From Ophelia neglecta (Eukaryota), in contig OZ260667.1 of NCBI GenBank assembly GCA_965285935.1, positions 17,856,001 to 17,920,000 of the forward strand: a stretch of 64,000 bases of DNA, in the 5' to 3' direction. Positions 1 to 11,945 of the stretch are shown piece by piece. Each line of letters opens with the position of its first letter. Position 1 is the first letter of the stretch. The position numbers and the translations under genes are program-made. The notes beneath the pieces were generated by a model. It did no database searches. It saw only the letters and a list, made by a program, of their open reading frames with translations, and was not told where the DNA came from.

Positions 1-440
1 ATCTTATTCTTGTAATGCCATTCTAAAGCGTTTGTGAAAATTTCAGAGCTATAGGGTTAATATTAAAGGTACATTTTTTATTTATTGTGTTAAAAGCATT
101 TTTTATTCATATATTCATTGTATTGCAGTAGTAGAACTACCAGTAGAGCTAGGGAGCTATTTAAGGGCATTAGATGGGCATTTGTGTGATGCATGTATGG
201 AATTAATTTATTTTTATTTCAGTCAAAAAAAAAAAAAAAAAAAGGGAAATTGGAAAAATTTCAATCCGCCCCTCTCTCCTCCCTTCCTGTCCTCTCCCCC
301 TCTCTCTCTCTGCCTCCGTCTCCGTCTCCCCCCTCTCGCTCGTCTCGTGTCTGCTCAGCTCCCTCCTGCCGGCGTCTGCTGGAATGAAACACCTATCAAG
401 TTTAGTACAGTACGACGACAATTTCAGAATTCGACACACT

Positions 441-512
441 TACCTCGGTCTAGGATCGAACCCCAGTCTCTGGCGTGGCAGGCCCGCACTCTATCCACTC
501 ACCCACGTAGGC
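441..512 (-). pseudogene. tRNA-Gly(GCC)-like pseudogene / tRNA-derived element
   Basis: Reverse complement is GCCTACGTGGGTGAGTGGATAGAGTGCGGGCCTGCCACGCCAGAGACTGGGGTTCGATCCTAGACCGAGGTA, 72 nt. It has an A-box-like TGGGTGAGTGG, anticodon loop CTGCCAC, B box GGTTCGATCC and is colinear with eukaryotic tRNA-Gly-GCC. Stems contain several mismatches. Confidence 0.75.
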
Positions 513-513
513 G

Positions 514-928
514 CGCCTGAGTGAATAAAGTTGGAACTTTGTGCAATGATATAACCGGAAGTACTCGTCTATAGTACAAACTTTCCCGAATGGTGGCAGC
601 ATAGGTTTTGCAAAATGAAGAAGTATATAAAAGCTACTTTCCGCTCGCCTGAAAAGATAAAGTTGGAACTTCTTATTTCCTTTACACCGGAAATGCCCCA
701 CTATACTACAAACCGTCCCGCAGGGTGTCAGCACGGGTTTTGGTACACTACTGACAATAACATAATATTTAAAAACTACTTTTCGCTCGCCTGAGAGGAT
801 AAATTTGAACTTCTGGTAAATATTTGAACCGGAAACTACTCTACTATAGTAAAACTTTCCCGCAAGGTGGCAGGACCTGGTTAAGTGTTCTACTTACAAT
901 AAAACAGTATTTAAAAACAACTTTCCGA
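514..928. repeat. Three degenerate tandem units of 132-142 bp
   Basis: cgcctga..gataaa..tgaactt..accggaa..cccg..ggtg(g/t)cag..aaaa(g/a)ctacttt recurs from 514, 646 and 788. Confidence 0.85.
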
Positions 929-2129
929 AGAGTTCCTGATTACATGATTTTCATTTTTGAACAAGCTATTTTTATTTCGAACTTCACCACATGACATTAT
1001 CCAAAGGGGTTTGGCAGCTGAAAAGATAATTTATCCTGCTACCTACAAACAAATACAGAACACAACAATAGTTTGCAGAAATTTTACGCACAAAAGAATG
1101 CGGGTGACAGATGAAAATATGTAACATCTATCAATCCGCATGATTCTATGCGTTTCTGCAGTCATTGTATGAAGATTCGTCCTAAATACTGTCAAATTTC
1201 ATTATTCTATGCAACTAAGATGCCTGGAAAAGGTGACCAAGTAGGGGCAAGTCACGTTGATATATCATATTAATCCATGTGAAGCTAAATACGTGAATAT
1301 CTGCTCTGGCTGGTTTCAACTGTTTGCGTAAGTCCAAGCACCTGCCATAGAGTTCCGGTATAACTTGACCTAGCATAGCCTCCGCAAATCTTGAATATAA
1401 ACCGTTATAAGCGGTAAAATCCCACAGAACTGACAGAAATTAATCCAATTGCTTCATTTTCGTCTTATAAACAGGCAGTCATACAAATAGTGTGGTCTGT
1501 TGTACACCTTTGTTTCACAGCATGACCAGTCGTCTCGCTCGACTGATCTCTAAGGAAGTTAGCAGCTTTCTTATATACAACACCGTCCTAGTTTATGACT
1601 TGAGTACCATGAAGAGTTTGACCTTCCAAACAATCAAAGATTAAAGGGGGACCGCGCGGGCCATTACCCCTTCCATTCCAATTGTGCAAAAATGCCTTTA
1701 GAGCGCCTCAGAGGTGGCCTGCAGTATCCGCCTCCGAAAGGGTGAAAAGAGTTGGCCGGTTTTAACGAACCCATGAGGGCGCCCCTGCGCTGTCCGGTGT
1801 ATCTAAAGGGCGTGTTTCTGGTATATAAAAGACACCAGCCCTCAGGGATGCCCTTTATCAGGGACGACCATTCCATTCCATATGGACAGGTTTTTAGATA
1901 TCCAAAGTCCTATTTCCTGTCCCCTCTGTATCCTTATGACTCCGAAGGAGGGGGGCGGGGAGGGGTCGAGGTGGGGGGTTCTTAAGATCGTCCTGGAAAA
2001 TGAATAAAATAGAAACCATGTGAAAGGATCTAAACAAATCGAGGCAATTTTATGATTTGGGTCATGTCATAATCAAAATACATTTGTCAAGGGTTATAAA
2101 AACTTACCAAGAATGTAGTAATTAGATTT

Positions 2130-2960
2130 TCATTGTTCAGGATTCAGTTTAATACTAAAAAGACTTAATTCAAGGTCACTTCCAGCTTCCTGTCACCCGG
2201 CTTAACCAAATAAAGCCGATGAAGCCTCGACATCATGATTTGGATCTAACTTTTGACTTATGTCTCTTGCCAGAAACCGGGACCAGATACCTCAATTACT
2301 TGTTCTTGAGTTATTAAAGCCGAGCCAACTTTTCAAAATACACGTCATACGCGGTGTATACACGATATATACCTATTCATCAATTATTTCCTGAGCACAT
2401 CTACTGGGCATTTAATGAAAAAATATAATTCGGCAACATCTCGTTTTCCCAAAGTGCTGAAGATTATTTTAACTCTAACTTGTCTTAGTTTATTCCTCAA
2501 TAGATGTGTTATTTGGAAATTGGCACGTTTCTAGTTTCCCAAGACGTGATGCCCTCAATCTTTGAATCATTGGATTTTGTTACCAAAAATCAATTCAAGG
2601 GTTAGACAGTCTGACCGAGATATTAATAATCAGTGTTTTCATTGTCCGGGATTCAGTTAAGTACTAAAATGACTTGGTTCAAGGCCAAATCCAGCTTTCG
2701 GGAACCCGGCTTAGCCATTTAAGGCCGATGAAACACCTAAATCATGATTTTGATCCACGTTTAATCATGTCTGTTGCAAGGAACCGGGACCAGATGCCTC
2801 AATTACTTGTTCTTGAAGCAGCGTTTCCCAATACAAGACTAACATGATATTTAAAGGTCTATACAACAATAATTTTCAAAGCACATTCACTGTGCATCAA
2901 ATGAGAAAATATAATTCGGCAACGCCCTGTTTTCCGAAAATGCAAAAAAACTTTCCTCCC
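2130..2960. repeat. Local ~500-bp-period duplication
   Basis: ttcattgt..ggattcagtt..aaccgggaccagat.cctcaattacttgttcttga at ~2130-2310 and ~2638-2817. A partial third copy lies at ~6080-6250. Confidence 0.8.
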
Positions 2961-2989
2961 TTAAAGACTTGCAGTATGATACTGGGAGA

Positions 2990-4100
2990 GAGACGCTTTA
3001 AGTGCTGGAAAAGTGTGAAGATTGGATGTGGGGCACATCACCAAACGGGTGAGAGGGGTTCATCGAAAGATGTGAAGAGATGGAAGGGGGTCAAAATAGG
3101 AGAGGTAGGGTTGGGTAAAAACTCCACCCCTCGTAAACATTATGGGCAAAATTGACCCCCCCCCCCCTTCATTATAAAAGAAAATTCATTTTCCTCCCTG
3201 TAAGGCCCAATGACATAATTCATCCCCTGGCAATCCTCATCCCCCTCCCATCCCGCCCCTTAAATATTGACGCCCACTAAAGTTGGCTCAGTCGCTAGGC
3301 ATTATGTCTTCGTCTTTCACGACTAGAGTGACAAGGAAACTTGTGCTCATAATCCATGGTAACGAGTTTAGTCGAAATAATGTAACGCTGTATATAAAAT
3401 ATTATTGTTGGATGTCGGCAAGTAATAGTATTATTAGATGATGCTAAATGAAGTTTTTTAATTCAATACTATTTATTGTCATGGAAACAGGTGTTAAGTC
3501 CACTAGGTGGTAAAAAGTTCGATTAATTACACATAAATAAATTGTGAAATTGCCTATCTCCTTATCATGGTACATGGACCATTCTATAAGGTATACATGT
3601 CCATATACATGTACACAGAAAATATTTCGCACTTTACTTAAGCTATGCAGATCCATCGGAATAATCAAAATTGCCATCACCCTGGGGACATATCTAAATT
3701 AACTAGAGTTAATTTTAAATCAAGTGTTGTATGCAATGTACAAATTTAAACGTAAACAGCAGTTGTTCATTCCCAACAGTGATCCCTTCGGGCGTAAACT
3801 ATGATAATTGGCCTAGTTATGACAGGCCTTGAGGTAGCTTACCTATGAAATACGCTCCTCCCGAGGCGAACGTATTGAATTCCGCCAATAAATATCACGA
3901 AAAATTGTGGATTTATCCATATTTTGATAATAACATCCGAAAACAAACAGTTTGAACTCAGTAGTACGTGTTGTATAGAAACACAAGGTCACGCGATCCC
4001 GACAAACGAGGCTTAGACACAGGTCAGCGCAGCTAAAGGACTTCCCTTTTATTCTGAGGGGATTGGGGGGGGGGGTGTTCCACCTTACAAATGAAATTCT
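2990..4100. repeat. Dispersed repeat block, copy a (copies b 6850-7930, c 14620-15150)
   Basis: Shared core acctatgaaata.gctcctc..tattgaatt..aataaatatcacg..tttatccatat..aacatccgaa..aacagtttgaactcag..aaacgaggctt in all three copies. Confidence 0.88.
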
Positions 4101-5334
4101 ATGTTATAGGATTTTATTAATGATAATATGATTTTATACAATTTCTCTTTTCTGCCCCCTTTTGGGATAAAAACTTTTAACCCCGTGTATTTTTTTTGCG
4201 ATAAATCCACAGCCATCACACACCTCAGTCTCCTAGGGGCCCTTTGGCAGAAAGATGATGATAGGAAAATAGGTATTGTTTAGTTTTACAATCATTTATA
4301 TTTAGAAATTGATATAGCATTATGGCCAATGCCTTGCCTTGTTAATGTGTGAGATTTTCAACTTTACCTAGTCCCCAATGTACCTTAAAATCATCTTTAT
4401 GCATTTATACTTTATTTTCTGCTCGACAGAGAGTACGAGTCGATTTGGCGATTAAATTTCAAAAATTGGACATATTGATCAGAACAAAATGAAAAGTTAC
4501 ACAGTTTTGGTTATAATAATGTAATAAGAATGTGGTCCATTTAAACATGTTCCAGCTTGGTAAGGGCACGATAATAGAGCTGTGCTATACATATTCAGCA
4601 GGCGCCGGTAGGTACTCTATTCCTAACAATACACTGGTCTCACCTGAGTAATTAGTGACGGCCTTGACCGAGTGACCCAAAACAAATGTAACTTACATTC
4701 AGACATGTGGCTATATAAATTCTACGAAAATCATAGTTGGAGACTAGAATTGCTGCATTTTGGACGCGTATAATGACACTAATTGGATAAAGAACAGTTA
4801 TCGGACTGAATTTGTAAGTTTTAATTAATATTATCATCCATTAAAGCTTCATAGCATGTGTGAAGCACCTGTCTGTAAAATAGTATTCTCGCTTTGTTTA
4901 CAAATGTGGCCGATCAGGGCTATCTATGATTCCACATATTCCACGGTTCTAAAAGATCGATTTCAGGCCACATTTGACATTTGTATTTCGTATAGACCAC
5001 ATGGGAAGGGATTGGGATTTTTGGAGAGGGAGGGGGGGGGGGGGGGGGGGTTACACCCATATATGGCAAGGGTACGTTTGCTAGGCGCTATAGGGTATAT
5101 TTTTCCCATCAGGTGGGCTATCTTTTTCATAATGATGCTAGCAAATGGGTCATCACATATATTTACATGCCAAATGGTAAATTTATCCATATGACACATG
5201 TAGGTAAAATAGACCTAATATGGCATTCCCCGTTAACACTTCTTTTAATTAATTGGATCGCAACTTGTAGGTAAACATGTAAATAAATTCTTTAATGCTT
5301 TTATACTGTACAGAAACCCGCGTATCAAAGCCTT

Positions 5335-5685
5335 TACAAGAGTTTCACCGTATTAATAATGGGTAAAAGGGTACTTTATGCATCATATTATTCCGTGCAG
5401 AATGAATGAAATTGGTTTTATACCCCTCAGCTAATAGCTAATTCCGCCTCTTATCATTAGTGTAAAAGTAATTTCATACGTGAATTTCAGGAAGAAAGTA
5501 CGTGTAAATTAAAAATTCAGCCAACAAGCGCGCAATTACGCTACTTACTGCGCACGATTAATCAATGCGCGGAGTTACCCGACTTGAAATACGGCAGTGG
5601 TCAGATCTCCCTTTAGGACAGTATGATGCTTTCCTTGGTCTGATTACAGGTAAATAAAGTATTGAGGGAAGGGAGGGGAAGTCTG
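5335..5685 (+). repeat. Dispersed repeat, inverted partner at 8720-9075 (probably non-autonomous DNA transposon end)
   Basis: gggtaaaagggt..catcatattattccg..ggttttatacccctca..cgcctcttat.attagtgtaaa..ctacttactgcgcacgattaa..tttccttggtctg is the reverse complement of 8720-9075. Confidence 0.85.
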
Positions 5686-5779
5686 TGTAGTTTGAGCAAT
5701 ATCAAAGAAATAAATTAAATAAATGAAACTCCATGCCAACGAGCGCGGAATTAAGCTACTTACTGCGCATGATATAGGC

Positions 5780-8480
5780 CTACAGGGAATATCCCAAAGT
5801 ATCTAAAGGGCGTGTCCGTGTTATATGAAAGACGTCAGCCCCCCATCCGGGATGCTCATTCCATCTGAACAGTTTACGAATAGCCCATAACTGCATTCCT
5901 GTCCACACTAACGTTACAGCCTTATGACTGGGAAGCAGGGGAGGAGCGGTCCTAATATCGTCCTGTAAATGTGTAAAAGAAACCATGTGTAAGGACCGAA
6001 ATAGCCTAAATCGAGGCAATTTAAGGATTTTGGTCATGTTATAATTACAACACGTCTGTCAAGGTCCCGACTTAGGAAATTAACATCATGATTTTAATGA
6101 AAGTTTTGGGTTATGTCTGCTACCGGAAACCGGGACCAGAAAACAAGAGGTACATGACCTATATATGCCTATTCATCCACTATTCCAAAAGCGCTTTCAC
6201 TGTGTATTAAAGGAGAAATTATAAATCGGCAACGGCTTATTTTTCCAAAGAATCAAATATTACAATAAACACTATTCTTCAATCAAAACATTATCTGAAA
6301 CACAACTTAAGTCTTTATAAATCTATCAACGTTTTGTTGTATGAATGAATTTTTCTACAATTTATTCGTGCCGAGATGAAAAGTGGATTCACGCCTATAT
6401 ATTTTGCCTCAAATTTCTCTTAGCAAACCTTTTAAACCCTTTCTCTTTCTCAAATAGCAATTGATTCACAGTTTCCATCCCATTATTTTACGGAAAAAGC
6501 TGAAAAACTTTTGAAGCCAGATGGTTTAAGTTTTGATTTCTTTATATTTTTTACTTTATTACTTCCAAACGGCGGAATTTTATTGTTTTATTTGAAATTG
6601 TTGCTGTAATTAAACTTGCATATGTTACCTTTACTCTTGTTTTTAAAGCTGCGAATAATAGAGGCCTGTCCTTTTATTGGAGCTTGTGTGTGTGTGTTTG
6701 GCTTTGTGTGTGTGGGGGGGGGGAGGGGGGGGGGGCTTGTGTGTGTGTTTACTTTCCTCGTTTGCGCCTAGCTTTTCGATTCGGGGGGGGGGGGTTATTA
6801 CGCCAAAAATAGTAAGGGGGGCTTAATGTAAGACTATTTCGAGGCCGGAAGGACGGTTTTCAGTGCTGGAAAAGTTTGAAGAAAGGGTGGGGCGCACAGT
6901 GCCGAAAAGTTTTGAAAAAGGGTTAAGGGGTTGATCAAAAGATGTGAAGAGCTGGTGGGGGTTTTTAATAGAACGGATAGGCGGTGAGTCGAATTAACTC
7001 CGCCCCCTCGTAAACATAATGGACAAAATCTGCGCCCCTTCCCTACATTACAGAACAACATTCATTCCATTCCCATTAATCCCCCCCCCCCAACAATCCT
7101 TACCCCTCCATAGGTGTCTCAGTTGCTAGGCATTATGTCCTCGGCTATTGCGGCTAGGGTGACAAGGAGATTTGTGCTCTCTTTCCATGGTACGTGTTTT
7201 GTCGAATCAACGTAAAGCAGCATCTGAAATATTATTGTTGGATGGCGGCAAGTAATGGTATGATTAGATGATGCTTAATAAGTTTTTTTAATTATATCCT
7301 ATTTTATTATCATGGTAACAGGTATTAACTCCACTAGGGGATAAGAAAGGCAATTAATCACTCGTACATACATGTGAAATTGCCAATCTCTTTATCCTGG
7401 CAACAATATATAACGTTAACATGTACATATACACAGAAAAAAAGATGACCCACTGTATATAATGTTTGCTTATCAATCAGAATAAACAAAAATTGCCATC
7501 ACCCTGGTGACATATCTAAATTAACTTGAGTCAGCATTAAATGAACGATTATATGCAATGTATAGAATCATATGTCAACAGCAGTTAGTCATTCCCAACA
7601 GCGATTTTAGGGTGTAAACTATGATTATTGGCCTAGACATGAATGGCCTTCATCTAGCTCACCTATGAAATACGCTCCTCCCGAGACGTCCTATTGAATT
7701 TCGCAAATAAATATCACGAGAAATTGGGGATTTATCCATATTTTGATAACAACATCCGAACACTAACAGTTTGAACTCAGTTGTTCGTATTGTATAGAAG
7801 TTCAAGGTCAAGCGATCACGATAAACGAGGCTTGGACACAGGTCAGCAGGTCAGCGCAGCTAAAGGACTTTTTTTATATTCTGAGGCGTTGTGAGGGGGG
7901 AGGGGGGGGGGGTCCACCTTACATATTAAATCTCAATTGAACGTCTGCGTTCATCGTTTTCAACTGGACGTTGATTGCTCAGTGTTCAAAACGAAACCCA
8001 AAACTAAGGAAACTTTTATCAAAATATATGGCGGCATGCAAACATGTTTACATAAATGCTTTGAAAATCACATTTGTAGACTAGAAGTACGGTATATTGT
8101 ACACGCGTAATGACCTTTGTAGATAAAAAACAGTTATCGGACTGAATTTGTAAGTTTATAGTTAATATTATCATCCAAATAAAGGTTTCTCTGCACGTGT
8201 GAAGCACTTGTCTGTACAATAGGATTCTAGTTTTCTAAATGTGAGCGATCGGTTATAAAAGGTCGATTTCAGGCCAAATTTGACAGGTATATTTGATACG
8301 TATAGATACCGGGGGAGGGTGGCGGGATAACACATCAAGAGAGGTATGCTCCGCGCTATAGAGTAATTTTTCCTGTCAGGTGGGTTATATGTTTCAAAAT
8401 AATGCTATTAAATGGGGCCCTTTTTCACATTTATGCTATCAAATTGGTCATCACATTTGTATGCATGCCAATTGGTCAAT
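5780..8480. repeat. Internal partial copy of the 1790-5200 region
   Basis: Colinear blocks: 5800-6065~1799-2092, 6850-7930~2990-4100, 8030-8480~4705-5185 (aacagttatcggactgaatttgtaagttt shared). Confidence 0.85.
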
Positions 8481-8719
8481 ATTTCAGCTGGGCGGATTCG
8501 GCATATCGTTTAATTCCGCACCTTTTAGCAAACAACGTGCGCGGAGTAAGGTATTTACTGTGGGATAACAAAAAACCCTGATTGCACTTTTCGCCGTCAC
8601 GACATAAGCATATACTATTACCAAACTTCATATCATTAGTTAGCCAACATTAAGAAAATTTGGGGCCTAATACCACTACTTGCGAAGAATTCATATCTTT
8701 ATGATTGCTGAAACTGTAC

Positions 8720-9075
8720 TGACTTCCCCTGCCCTCCCTCATACTTTATTTTTTTAATTTTAACCAGACCAAGGAAAGGCACTATTCTGTTCTAAAGGGA
8801 TACCTGACTTTTGCCGTAGGTCAAGTCAGTTAATTTCGCGCAGTTTTTAATCGTGCGCAGTAAGTAGAGTTATTCCGCGCTTGTTGGCATGGACTTTTAA
8901 TTTATTTACTGCTTAAAATACATGTATCAGATTACTTGCTTTACACTAATAATAAGAGGCGGGTTTAGCTAATAGATGAGGGGTATAAAACCTACTTAAT
9001 TCATTCTGGGCGGAATAATATGATGCGTAACATTACCCTTTTACCCTTTCACTAATAAAGAGAAACTCTTGAAAA
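8720..9075 (-). repeat. Inverted copy of 5335-5685
   Basis: Direct reverse-complement alignment by eye. Confidence 0.85.
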
Positions 9076-11419
9076 TGCTTACTAGCCTAGCTTGACTCTG
9101 TAAAATTGAACGGGAGAGTGCCCAGTCACTGTTTCTATACCTCATTAACTCTAAAATAGCATTGATGCTGAAACCTGCTGCCAAGTATGCAGTAGATGTG
9201 CGGGTTCCCACCAAGGTAGGAGGGGGGATTTACTTCCTTAAAGCAAAACCCGTTTGGAGAATTAAATTCATAGGAGTGGACGCAGTATCTTAAAGATTAG
9301 GATCATTGTGGTATTTAATGATACTCCGGTTCTTTGTTATTCTATAGTTTAATAAGAGTTGTATCTTTAAGGACTATGGCGATTATTCCCTGCCGGGAAG
9401 TCAACACTGTCCAGGATATTGCAATGTCCTCACAAGCTTATCATCAACACCGTTGTCACCATTTACAATATTTCTCCATGTCTCCGGAACCACTTAAACG
9501 CATGTTTTATGTAGGAAAAAAATAGATTAATTAATATCATAGAATGCGACTTGTTCAGTCTACCAGCTATCAAACCGGGTCACACCGCTTCGTGTTCAGA
9601 TGTACTGTCAAATGATAATTAATTGACAAAGTTGTCCCAGATATTCGTCTATATATAAGCCATTGAGGGAATATTGATTATGAAGTATTAGATAAATCAA
9701 CCTTTTAATCGTATCATACCAAGTTACTCTAGACAAATACTCAAGTTATTCTTCCAGATATATTTACTTTGGGTGATGTTATTTATCCGTATCACTGGTT
9801 TCTTTTTCATGGATGACTTTGATGTGATGGCAACGCAACCACATATAAACCGAAATTGGATTCATTGGGGGTAAAGTTGGTGCTCTACGATGACAGAAAA
9901 TGGAGGACGGGTTTTCCTCGTGAGGAATTGAATGGACTCCCGAGAGCTTAGACCCGCCCTGTGTGGGAGATGGCCCGTCAGACACCCTCACCATGATCCC
10001 CAGGGCAGCGAGTACAGTGGCAGAAATTATGACCTGCCATTCAGTACGGAATCTGCCTGTGATGACATGGAAGGTGTAAACTCCCCCTGTCAGCAAGATT
10101 TCGATATTTAGTGTTTGCTAGTGTCCTAGCAAACAGACCGCCCATGTTATCCCGTGAGGACCTTATGAGCGCAATTTGAGTGATATAGTATGACTGTAAA
10201 ATTGGGCCGCCTGGCCATTGAAGGATATTAATTGTCTACCCCTTCCAGAAGAAGGGGTGGGTGTGGGTGGCGTAATGCACAAACATTCTTTATGGAATGC
10301 ACATACAGGCCCTTCACCCCCAAGGAGCTTTCCGGTGGTGATCCAACTCCAGTGTGAGCACTTGAATCCGCTCTGTTCAACAATGCTGCCAAACACCTGG
10401 TGTCCAGTACACCGTGACGAGTGGCCACGGCTTCACCCATGGCATACACCGTTGTACAAACGGCCCTTGACAGTGGCTTTCTTGCCATTGCCACAGTAGG
10501 CCTATAAGTCGACACTGAAACCAACGTGGTTCATTTCTGCGTGCTCTCGCATTTAAAGCTGCAAATTAATTTTATCTTGCACTTGTCAGGACATAAGCTT
10601 GACCGGAACTGCTTGGCACATGCGCAGCTACTAAGTTAAAAAGCATATGTCACAGTGCTATGACTTGTGGATAAAACGGACATTCTCATTCACATTCAGG
10701 ACTTCTTGGACTATTTTACCAAACTGACATTCTCCTGGACAAAACTTTGGGCTCACGAGGATTTACCTTTGGATAGATAGCAAAAGTCAAAATGTTTACT
10801 TGTGGATAAACAGGAAATATTCATATTCAGGACTTCTTGGAGCAAGTCTTGAAGTCTGAGGAACAAATACGCCCCGAACAATGCGGCATGATAGATGTTA
10901 TTTATATTTTCATTTGTCACTCGTATTGTTTTGTGTGTAGCACTTATCAATCTATGGACGTGTGCTGTATGACACATGGTAAGTAAACATGATTGATCCT
11001 TTCTATCTTGCGATACCTAACTTTGTGGTTCCTTGACCTACATGACCTCCTGGTTTCTACTCCCTCGGTTGCTTGGCATGCTTACAGGACGCCTTTGTAT
11101 TATTTTCAAGAGATAGGTACTTCTTTGCTTTTCCGAACTTGACAGTTGACAACGGATCTCGAAATTTCCTTTGCTATCATGCTTACCTGTTAATTACAAT
11201 TAAAAATTCATATTGCACATTATATCTGCTGCCTTCATTTCTCGCTGACAAAATGGATTTAAGCTCCCCCCCCCCCCCCCCTCCTTCATGCAAAACAATA
11301 TCATTTGGATCTCTAATAGTATGTTTATAGTGTTTTTAACCATTCCTAAGCGCCTAGAAGCGATTAAAGTATTGTATGACTGTTTTTATTTTCATTTTAG
11401 GATATTTTTTCTTCAGAAA

Positions 11420-11945
11420 ACCAGTAAAATGCTGTTTTTCACTAGAAAAGCTTTGAAAATGGCTTTACACTATTAATGTATGCACTGTTCGATGCATTTT
11501 TTCGTTTCTATGCCTGCAATATTATTCTGAAGCTTTTATGAAAGCTCCAGAGCCGTAGGTTTGATTTTAAAAGAACATATATTATATTTTATGGATAAAA
11601 TTCTGTTTTTCACCAGAAAAGCCTAAAAATGGTATTTTAGAATGACTCCATGCCCTTTTCAATGCATATTTTCGTTTTAAAGCTCGTAATGCCATTCTGA
11701 AGCGTATATGGAAGTTTCAGAGCTGTAAGATTGATTTTAAAAGAACATTAATTATATTTGTTTGATAAAATTCTGTTTTTCATCATAAATGCCTTTATAA
11801 TTAATTTTCAAAATGACCCTATGTATTTTTCAATGCATCATTTTAATTTTATTCTTGTAATGCCATTCTAAAGCGTCTGTGTAAGTTTCAGAGCTCTAGG
11901 GTTAATTTTAAAGGTACATTTTTTATTTATTGTGTTAAAATCATT
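11420..11945. repeat. 170-bp tandem repeat, ~3 units
   Basis: ctgtttttca recurs at ~11432, 11603 and 11773. Window positions 1-95 are the tail of an equivalent array. Confidence 0.85.

Larger units (their letters stand above)
1..2100. repeat. Copy 1 of a large degenerate segmental duplication (partner starts ~11849)
   Basis: 1-1160 aligns with 11849-12925 at high identity (e.g. gtagaactaccagtagagctagggagctattta; gcgggtgacagatgaaaatatgtaacatctatcaatccgcatgattctatgcgtttct). Weaker similarity continues from 1450-2100 to 13075-13590. Confidence 0.92.

Noticed and set aside
441-512. Functional tRNA-Gly gene
   Set aside because: Mismatches in acceptor, D and anticodon stems, and no adjacent oligo-T terminator.
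182-520. ORFs 182-520 and 12100-12369 sharing a peptide
   Set aside because: They run through poly-A, CT-rich sequence and the antisense of the tRNA-like element; the similarity just reflects the DNA duplication.
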